Assembly: GCA_951406725.2 (NCBI GenBank)
Contig: OX597842.1
Location: forward strand, 24,304,001-24,368,000
DNA length: 64,000 nt
Direction of reading: 5' to 3'
Source: Octopus vulgaris
Taxonomy: Eukaryota
Both the position numbers and the translations under genes were made by a program. Positions 54,808 to 64,000 of the stretch are shown here, piece by piece (within the stretch, counting starts at the first letter, position 1; every line of letters starts with the position of its first letter). A model generated the notes under the pieces. The model did no database searches and was not told the origin of the DNA. It worked only from the letters and a program-made list of their open reading frames with translations.

Positions 54808-56364
54808 ATGAATCCTCAAGAGATGACAAAAGAAAGAGAAAAATTATCACACCAATGTGATATCTGTAAAATGACTTCTTCTAATCAGGGAAATCTCACT
54901 GTTCACAAATTCATTCATGCAGGTAGGAAGCCATATGACTGTGATGTCTGTGGTAAATCATTCTCTCAGAAAAGTAACCTTACCTCTCACAAATCCATTC
55001 ATACAGGAGAGAAACCATATGAATGTGATGTTTGTTGTAAATCATTCTCTCAGAAAATTCACCTTACTAGACACAAATCCATTCACACAGGTGAGAAACC
55101 ATATCAATGTGATATCTGTGGAAATTCATTCTCTGATAAATGTCACCTTTCTTCTCACAAATACATTCATACAGGTGAGAAACCATATGAATGTGATATT
55201 TGTGGTAAATCATTCTCCCATAAGCTCATCCTTACTTCTCACATATCCATTCATACCGGAGTGAAACCTTATCACTGTGATATTTGTGGTAAATCATTCT
55301 CTCAAAGGACTGGCCTTTCTTATCACAAATCTGTTCATACTGGAGAGAAACCAAATCAGTGTGATATTTGTGGTAAATCATTCTCTCAGAAAAGTAGCCT
55401 TACCACTCACAAATACATTCATACAGGAGAGAAACCTCATCAATGTGATGTCTGTGGAATGTCATTCTCTCAAAAAAGTAGCCTTGATTCTCATAAATAC
55501 ATTCATACAGGTGAGAAACCATATCAGTGTGATATTTGTGGAAAATCATTCTCTCAAAAAAGTAACCTTGATTCTCATAAATATATTCATACAGGAGAGA
55601 AACCTCATCAATGTGATGTCTGTGGAATGTCATTCTCTCAAAGACGTTACCTTGATTCTCACAAACATATTCATACAGGAGAGAAACCATATCAATGTGA
55701 TATCTGTGGAAATTCATTCTCTGATAAATGTCACCTTTCTTCTCACAAATACATTCACAGAGGTGAGAAACAATATCACTGTGATATTTGTGGTAAATCA
55801 TTCTCCCATAAGCACATCCTTACTTCTCACATATCCATTCATACAGGAGTGAAACCTTATAACTGTGATATTTGTGGTAAATCATTCTCTCAAAGGACTG
55901 GCCTTTCTTATCACAAATCTGTTCATACTGGAGAGAAACCAAATCAGTGTGATATTTGTGGTAAATCATTCTCTCAGAAAAGTAGCCTTACCACTCACAA
56001 ATACATTCATACAGGAGAGAAACCTCATCAATGTGATGTCTGTGGAATGTCATTCTCTCAAAAAAGTAGCCTTGATTCTCATAAATACATTCATACAGGT
56101 GAGAAACCATATCAGTGTGATATTTGTGGAAAATCATTCTCTCAAAAAGGTAACCTTGATTCTCATAAATATATTTATACAGGAGAGAAACCTCATCAAT
56201 GTGATGTCTGTGGAATGTCATTCTCTCAAAGACGTTACCTTCATTCTCACAAACCCATTCATACAGGAGAGAAACCATATCAATGTGATATTTGTGGTAA
56301 ATCGTTCTTCCATAAGCGTAGCCTTACTCATCACAAATCCATTCATACTGGAGAGAAACTATGA
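54808..56364 (+). CDS. C2H2 zinc-finger protein C3, 18 finger repeats
   Basis: ATG at 54808 and an uninterrupted array. A 2-bp deletion relative to C2 near 56360 removes the last finger; the family TAG is at 56444. Confidence 0.92.
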   Translation: MNPQEMTKEREKLSHQCDICKMTSSNQGNLTVHKFIHAGRKPYDCDVCGKSFSQKSNLTSHKSIHTGEKPYECDVCCKSFSQKIHLTRHKSIHTGEKPYQCDICGNSFSDKCHLSSHKYIHTGEKPYECDICGKSFSHKLILTSHISIHTGVKPYHCDICGKSFSQRTGLSYHKSVHTGEKPNQCDICGKSFSQKSSLTTHKYIHTGEKPHQCDVCGMSFSQKSSLDSHKYIHTGEKPYQCDICGKSFSQKSNLDSHKYIHTGEKPHQCDVCGMSFSQRRYLDSHKHIHTGEKPYQCDICGNSFSDKCHLSSHKYIHRGEKQYHCDICGKSFSHKHILTSHISIHTGVKPYNCDICGKSFSQRTGLSYHKSVHTGEKPNQCDICGKSFSQKSSLTTHKYIHTGEKPHQCDVCGMSFSQKSSLDSHKYIHTGEKPYQCDICGKSFSQKGNLDSHKYIYTGEKPHQCDVCGMSFSQRRYLHSHKPIHTGEKPYQCDICGKSFFHKRSLTHHKSIHTGEKL

Positions 56365-56479
56365 GTGTGATATTTGTGGTATACCACTGTCTTGCTTGCG
56401 TTCTTTAACCTCTCATAAAAACATTCATACAGGAGAGAAACCATAGAACTGTAATATCTGCAGTAAGTCACTCTAAGCC

Positions 56480-57146
56480 GGATCTTTTCCTCTTGAACGG
56501 CAGTTTTCAACAAAATTTCTAGTTAACTAAACACTTTTAAACTTCGTATACTGGTAGAATGTATCAAAATAAAACATTTTTTTCTCTTGGCTTTCTTGAG
56601 AAAATTGTAATTTGTAAGTTTAACGTAGTTTAATTTTTCAAACTTTAACCAATCCTATACCCTCTATTGAGCTAAAATTATTTGCTGCATCTAAAACTGA
56701 GGCAACATCCTGTCACTCACCCTAACCCTAAATTTTAGCCTTTCGTTTTTTTTTTTTTTCTTAATTGTTACGCGTGTGTCTAAAATTATTGGTTTTGTTT
56801 TTGTTGAGTTTTTGCTTTTGTTTTAGTGTTTCGTTTTTTTTTTTCTTAATTGTTATCCATAAATTAATTTAACAATAGAGAAAAAAAATAAAAACGAAAG
56901 GCTAAAATTTAGGGTAGGGTTAGTCTCAGTTTTAGACACAGCAAATGATTTTAGCTCGACAGAGGTCATAGGATTGGTTAAAATTCGAAAAATTAAACTA
57001 CATTAAACTTACAAATTACAATTGTCTCAAGAAAGCCAAGAGAAAGAAACGTTTTCTTTTCACACATTCTACCAGTATACGAAGTTTAAAAGTGTTTAAT
57101 TAACTAGAAATTGTGTTGAAAACCGCCGTTCAAAAGAAAAAGATCA
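56480..57146. mobile_element. GGATCTTTTCC-family foldback MITE after the C3 stop
   Basis: Palindromic over ~300 bp per arm; same junction as 48831. Confidence 0.85.
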
Positions 57147-57337
57147 GGTATTTCTCCTGCATCTGTCTTACCAGAAATATATAGCATCAGTGGTGCTTTT
57201 CCTGGCATGAACCCAAACTGCATCTCATCTAAACTGACTCTCTCCCTAATTAGTTGATAATTATTTACTTTGTGTGAAAAAATTATTTACCTTGTTTAAA
57301 AAAAAAAATTATTTGATATGCAGCCTTTAAATACATA

Positions 57338-57850
57338 CCATAAATCTTCGAGTGTAGTCCGCCCTTGAGTCTAATACTCAAGGGAATTTTTAGGGGGCTG
57401 TACCTCTGAAAAACCTAAACCTTGAGTATAATATGCACCCCTTCTCTAACCTGAGTCAAGGAGGTCTATATAACATCCTTGGTTTGTAAAAATGTATATG
57501 GTAACATCCTTTCTTATTATTGTATATATAACATAATGCAAACGTGTAGCTTTTTTGTGTATTTTGTTTGCAGAAAATAAAGAAATAACAGTAATAACGT
57601 TTAATAAATGTTGCTTACTGCAAGTTATGGATGATTCTTTTATGACTTCATTGCTTTCAGGCTTAGCTTAAGGTATTTTCATGCCGGACATCACAAAATG
57701 TGTCTGAATAAACATTGCCGGACAGCAAAGAGAGACTCGGACATTGCTTAGAAAATATTTTTCATTTTTAACCTTGTATATAATCCGCACCTGGGATTTT
57801 GACCTTTAAATTTGGGGGGGAAAATGCGGATTATACTCGAGGATTAACAG
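57338..57850. mobile_element. pogo/Tc-like MITE
   Basis: TA-CCATAAATCTTCGAGTGTAGTCCGC...GCGGATTATACTCGAGGATTAACAG-TA. Confidence 0.7.
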
Positions 57851-58174
57851 TACATGTTTTGCGCATGCGTGCATCTATTAATTTGCATACGTGCACTCGC
57901 GCTAGGTAGTCGAAGGATCGACTAGTCACGACTAGCTAGAGCGATAGTGCGCAGTGGGACCACTTTTCTTAAATAGTAACCGGCGTCGATAACCAGTCAA
58001 GTCGTGGGTCACTCTGGTAATTAATATATATATAACAATTATAGGTGGTTTTACGTTTTCCACAATGATATGTACTACCAGGGTGCCACCAAGCTTATTG
58101 AATATGAGAAGGCTGTTTTTCCTGAGATGTATATTAACACGCAGACGTCTGTACTTCGTACAAGTTTGCACTGA

Positions 58175-58380
58175 TATTTTCCTTTTGAACGGCATATGTC
58201 AACACAATTTCTAGTTAACTAAACACTTTTAAACTTCGTATACTGGTAGAATGTGTTTATAAAACATCATTTTTTCTTGGCTTTATTGAGAAAATTCTAT
58301 AGTTTGTAACATATTTCAACTTTAAAATCAAGCATTTCGGCAATTCTAACCAATCAAATACGTCCATCTGGAGTCAAAAA
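58175..58380. mobile_element. Left half of a GGATCTTTTCC-family MITE at a duplication junction
   Basis: TTTTCCTTTTGAACGGCA...; joins directly to the duplicate of 35655 onward. Confidence 0.75.
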
Positions 58381-58734
58381 TAAGTCACTGTTGTTTAGCC
58401 CGGAATCATCCCTGGCTGAACAGGTCTATTAATGAAATTAGATTGTGTTCACGACTTTTAAAATAATAATAATGAAATTACTGTATAGTGCTCAGGTGCA
58501 CCACAACTTGTCAAAAGTTTGTATAAAGTATATGCAGTAATGTACAAATGTCTGGAAAGTGAACAGTGTATGAGTCAGATACATGATTGCGTGTGTATGG
58601 AGGGGAGAAATTCAGGTGTAGTGTTGGCGAATCTCAGGAAGCATGGAAAGAAGCCCGTCGTATATATGTGTATATGTATGTTTGTGTGTGTGCTTATGTG
58701 TCTGTGTTTGTCACACTAACATCGCTGGACAACC

Positions 58735-60450
58735 ATCCAGTGTCAAATTAATCACAGAACTTGAGGCAATCCAACAAAGCTACACAAAGAAGATAGCCTC
58801 TGTGCAGCATATGGGCTATTGGGAAAGACTCAAGAGATTAAGACTCTATTCCTTAGAGCGTAGGCGAGAAAGATATGCCATAATATACATCTGGAAGATC
58901 CTAGAAGGACTTGTCCCAAACTTTGGCATCGAGTGTTACACAAATACTAGAACTGGGAGCCACTGCATAGTGCCAAGGACTACAAATTTGCCATCAAGAT
59001 ATAGGACAAGATACTGTGATAGCCTGGGCTTCAGAGGTTCACAGCTCTTCAATATCCTCTCGAAGGACCTGAGAGACCTGCATGGGGTGGATGCAGATGT
59101 CTTTAAAATAAAACTGAATCTCTTCCTGTCAGGTGTCCTAGATGAAACAACTTCACGGCAGGAGGTGCAGATGAGGGCAGCTTCATCGAACTCTCTCATG
59201 CACCAAATGGCAATTGCTAAAAAGCATTCGTGAAGTAAAATCATGTAGCAACACCAAATATAATTGATCTAATTTTGACACAGTTTGGCTAACCGAATAC
59301 GGTTGCTTACAGCTCTAGTTAAGAATGCGAATGTCCAGTTCTATCTCATTATTATTATCATTGTTGTTGTTATTCTTTTGCACCAGCAGCCAGAGTGTTT
59401 GCCATTTCGTGGTGTGTCCGCCCATTCCACCCCCATCACCTATCCTGGAAGTCCCTATGTTCTGACCCCCATTGGATGCCTTTCCCCTGAACACCTCCAA
59501 TGGCTTAGATGCTCCCCCATCCATACTTAGTGTTTACCTCCTGTGGAATGCAGTGATAATTTAGTGCACAAAATAATGGTGTAGTGTGTGCAAGTTCAAG
59601 GCTATTGTATGTTTATGAGTTCTGTCAAATTCAAGCTTTCTTTTCAGGTACCTGATGCTGCTGTCCCCCACCTCAGGGTCTTGCAGGCCCACACCTTCCA
59701 CAACCTCAGAATTGGCACATTGAAAGATAGGTCTGGTGGGATTGTTGAGATTCTTGAATGGAGCCATGTAGATTTGTGCTGCTTCCAAGAAGTAAGGTGG
59801 AGAGGAAGTTCTACTAGGTTCCTCACAAGCAAAGAACGTAGGTATAAGATTTTCTGGGTAGGGAATACTGATGGAGTTGAGGGCATGAATATACTTCTTG
59901 CAGAGAGAATGGGTTGATAAGGTAATCAAGGTAGTCAGAGTCTGTGATAGAATACTTAAGCTTAGATTAGTGTTGCAACATGGATTAGCAACCATAATCT
60001 TGGCTTATGCACCTCAGCCAGGGTTACCTGATAAACAGAAAGACCGATTTCATGGCACCCTCTTCTACTTACTTATACTTGTGGCGACATTCACCCCAGT
60101 CGGGTTGAAACGGCTTCTTCTACCACCCTCGAGGCATCTCAAACCATGGCAGCCCCCGCACGATGGTCCTGCACCAGTTCACTGGAGATAGCAAGCCAGT
60201 CACGGTTCCATCGGCGCAGGCAGACCACCTCTGGACCCGTGAGAACAGAGAGGTCCTCCTTGATTGTCGTAACCTAGGTCCTCAGCTGCCCGCCCATGCG
60301 TTTCCACCGGTTGGGAAGTGGAGTTGGGAGGACATCACGGCTCAGTTCACCCACCGGATGCCTACATGCATGTCCAAACCACCGCAAGCGCCGTTGCAGA
60401 AGGACAGATGGAAGGGGCCCCAGAGATTGGCGGTGGGAGTATACTTTATT
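58735..60450. mobile_element. CR1 C-terminus (+), RTE endonuclease (+) and RTE C-terminus (-) fragments; duplicate of 36008-37720
   Basis: Near-identical peptides in the ORF track. Confidence 0.85.
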
Positions 60451-60911
60451 CGGACCAGTCTACTCTCATCACAACAGGTGCCATTCTAACCAAGATGCCC
60501 ATCATAAATCCCTGCTTGGTGTCTGGTAAGAACAAGACCATGAAAACCGGATCTACAGAATGATTTAGCAAAAAATAAGTAGGCTGTATCATCCACTCTA
60601 CACCAAACACTATGACAAAAGCAGTAGGCCTCCAGTTTGTTCTAGAATATGTGGGTTGCTATCACAAATACTGCAAATCCTGAGACTCAAAACATGTCCA
60701 GGAGGACACAACCGATCGTAATTGGGAACTGGAATGTCATATATTGGTGTGATAATGACACATCCACAAGAAAATAGAACAAATTAATTTAATCAATATT
60801 ATTTGAATGGAAAACACACATCATAATTAATGAGTTGAAGCAAATGAGGAAAATGGAAACAATTAATTTATTCAATAAAAAGTAATACAATTGCTGTATT
60901 TTATTTCACCA

Positions 60912-61540
60912 GGCGTAGGAGTGGCTGTATGGTAAGTAGCTTGCTTACCAACCACATGGTCCCGGGTTCAGTCCCACTGTGTGGCACCTTGGGCAAGTGT
61001 CTTCTACTATAGCTTCGGGCCGACCAAAGCCTTGTGAGTGGATTTGGTAGACGGAAACTGAAAAGAAGCCCGTCGTATATATCATCATCATCGTTTAACG
61101 TCCGTTTTCCATGCTAGCATGGGTTGGACGGTTCAACCAGAGTCTGGGAAGCCAGGAGGCTGCACCAGGCTCCAGTCGGATCTGGCAGTGTTTCTACAGC
61201 TGGATGCCCTTCCTAACGCCAACCACTCCATGTGTGTAGTGGGTGCTTTTTACGTGCCACCTACACAGGTACCAGACGAGGCTGGCAAACGGCAACGATC
61301 AGATGGTGCTTTTTACGTGCCACGTGTGTGTACGATTGTGTGCCTTTGTCCCCGCAACATCGCTTGACAACCGATGCTGGTGTGTTTATGTCCCTGTAAC
61401 TTAGCAGTTCGGCAAAAGAGACAGATAGAATAAGTACTAGGCTTACAAAGAATAAGTCCTGGGGTCGATATGCTCGACTAAAGGCGATGCTCCAGCATGG
61501 CCACAGTCAAATGACTGAACCAAGTAAAAGAAAGAAAAGA
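60912..61540 (+). mobile_element. Family-1 SINE with nested retroposon (duplicate of 38120-38750)
   Basis: Same nested structure. Confidence 0.8.
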
Positions 61541-62015
61541 CATCTATTTTATGCCAGTTATTTTTATAGATCAATATGAATAAGAATATGTTTAGTTAAG
61601 GTAGATTATTGAGAGAATGATTTAGCACAGATTACACAGTCATAAGAATCTTATCCTCTATGAATATGTTTGTGTTTAGTTAAGTAATTACGAGAGAATG
61701 ATTAATCACTGATGTCACAGCGTTACGGTTTTTCTCCTGTATGAATGTATTCATGTTGAGTTAACCCACATGGTAAAAGAATGACAGTGCTATGGTTTCT
61801 TTCCTGTATGAATGAATTTGAGATTAGCTAAATATTGTTCCACAGACAATGATTTAGCATAGTTATCACAGTGATAGGGCTTCTCTCTTGCATAAATACA
61901 TTTATGAGTATATATAGCACATTCCCAAGAGAATGATTTACCACAGATATCACAGTTATATGGTTTGTCTCCTTTATGAATAGACTTTGAATGATTTACT
62001 GCAGATATTAAAGTG

Positions 62016-63487
62016 CTAGGGTTTCTCTCCTGTATGAATGTGTTTGTGAGAATCAAGGTAACGTCTTTGAGAGAATGACATTCCGCAGACATCACATTGA
62101 TGAGGTTTCTCTCCTGTATGAATGTATTTGTGTTTAGTAAGGCCTCTCTTCTGAGAGAATGATTTACCACAAATATCACAGTCATGTGGTTTCTCTTCTG
62201 TATGAATGGATGTGTGAGAAGAAAGGTGACTTTTTTGAGAGAATGATTTACCACAAATATCACATTCATATGGTTTCTCACCTGTATGAATGAATTTGTG
62301 AGTAGTTAAATTACATTTTAATGAAAAGATTTACCACAGATATCACAGGGATATGGTTTCTCTCCTGTATGAATGGATTTGTGATAAGTAAGGCTACTCA
62401 TTTGAGAGAATGATTTACCACAAATATCACACTGATATGGTTTCTCACCTGTATGAATGAATTTGTGAGTCGTTAAATTACGTTTTAATGAAAAAGATTT
62501 ACCACAGATATCACATTGATATGGTTTCTCTCCTGTATGAACGGATTTGTGATAAGTAAGTCTATGCTTTTGAGAAAATGATTTACCACAAATATCACAT
62601 TGATAAGGTTTCTCTCCTGTATGAATGTATTTGTGAGAAGTCAGGTGAATTTTCTGAGAGAATGATTTTCCACAGATATCACAGTGATAAGGTTTCTCTC
62701 CTGTATGAATGGATAAGTGATAAGTAAGGCTGTGCTTATGGGAGAATGATTTACCACAAATATCACATTGATATGGTTTCTCTCCTGTATGAATGAATTT
62801 GTGAGAAGTCAGGTGAATTTTCTGAGAGAATGATTTTCCACATATATCACAGGGATGTGGTTTCTCCCCTGTATGACTGACTTTGTGATAAGTAAGGCTA
62901 TGCTTAAAGGAGAATGATTTACCACAAATATCACAGTAATATGGTTTCTCACCTGTATGAATGGATTTGTGATTCGTAAGGTTACTTTTACCAGAGAATG
63001 ATTTACCACAAATATCACACTGATATGGTTTCTCTCCTGTATGAGTGGATTTGTGACAAGTAAGGCTAATCTTATGAGAGAATGATTTACCACAAATATC
63101 ACACTGATAAGGTTTCTCTCCTGTATGAATGGATTTGTGTTGAGTAAGGCTACTTTTATGAGAGAATGATTTACCACAAATGTCACATTGATATGGTTTC
63201 TCACCTGTATGACTGTATTTGTGAGAAGTAAGGTGAACCTTCTGAAAGAATGACTTTCCACAAATATCACAGTGATACCGTTTCGCTCTTGTATGAATGT
63301 AATTATGTTTAGTAAGGTGACTTTTATCAGAGAATGATTTACCACAGACATCACAGTGATATGGCTTCCCCCCTGCATGAATGAATTTGTGAACAGTGAG
63401 ATTTCTCTTATTACAATAAGTCATTTTACAGATATCACATCGGTATGATAACGTTTTTCTTTCTTTTGTCATCTCTTGAGGATTCAT
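62016..63487 (-). CDS. C2H2 zinc-finger protein C4 (one frameshift in a homopolymer near 62325)
   Basis: ATG at 63487, open to 62318, remaining fingers to the family TAG at 62016; acceptor at 63816-63817. Confidence 0.85.
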
Positions 63488-64000
63488 TATTGTTCTATAG
63501 TATACAAACACAAAGTATATATTTTGCTTCCTTTTTTATATATTTCTATTGCTGATATTCCCAGCAGTTATGATCTTCATCAATATCTGAAGATGATACA
63601 AACACCTTTGCAGATATCTCCCGCTCCAAACAGAATGTGAAATACTTTAGCAAATTTTCCAGGCAATGATGGAAACAAATGTTGCCATCAATTCAGAAGA
63701 AATATTTCACAGTTTTCCACCATAGACAAATCATATAAACAGAGTTATGTCAAATATTTATAACATCTTCCATTAGATGATCAATATTCATGAAGTATCA
63801 CTAACATTTCACCTCCTGAAATGACACAGAAACAGAAGATATAGGAAAAACTTAAAAAGCAGAGATTCAACTATAAAAAAAATATAACTACATCTTCATA
63901 AGGATAAACTGTGGATATAATCCTTTAATTTGTCTTTGAAATTTATTTATGGTAATTTATAATATGGTAACCCTTTTGTTACCATATTTCTGCTGAGATT

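Noticed and set aside
54860-56360. Regular repeats with variable intervening sequence resembling a CRISPR array
   Set aside because: The period is 84 bp, equal to one C2H2 finger; the variable part is the recognition helix. Eukaryotic context, no cas genes.

Overview
AT-rich metazoan DNA, very probably an octopus (inferred from the SINE families and the zinc-finger style), not prokaryotic. The window is part of a C2H2 zinc-finger gene cluster. It holds eight full-length copies in three subfamilies: A1 + 9996, B1 - 19376, A2 + 24999, B2 - 35062, C1 - 40445, C2 + 47123, C3 + 54808 and C4 - 63487. It also holds the 3' tail of a ninth copy (A0) beside a 100-N gap and a small relic at 43.4 kb. The copies are built on one cassette: an Inr-like motif T(T/C)AGTTCGTTTCGT(T/C)GAC, a ~110-135 bp non-coding exon ending in GTAAG, an intron ending TGTGTCATTTCAG, a single coding exon of TGEKP-linked fingers with no recognisable effector domain, a shared TAG, and a tail of degenerate fingers. 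B2 lacks the first exon, that of C4 lies beyond the window, and C2/C3 lack the tail. Cassettes were multiplied by recent direct and inverted segmental duplications, giving head-to-head pairs around short spacers. Interspersed elements include a young CsRn1-clade Ty3/Gypsy element (4674-9374), an older Gypsy remnant, CR1 and RTE LINE fragments, tRNA-derived SINEs, a Merlin transposase fragment and several MITE/foldback families. Several rearrangement breakpoints coincide with DNA-transposon ends. Many frameshifts lie in homopolymers, so pseudogene calls may be assembly errors. All alignments were made by eye, and repeat coordinates are approximate.
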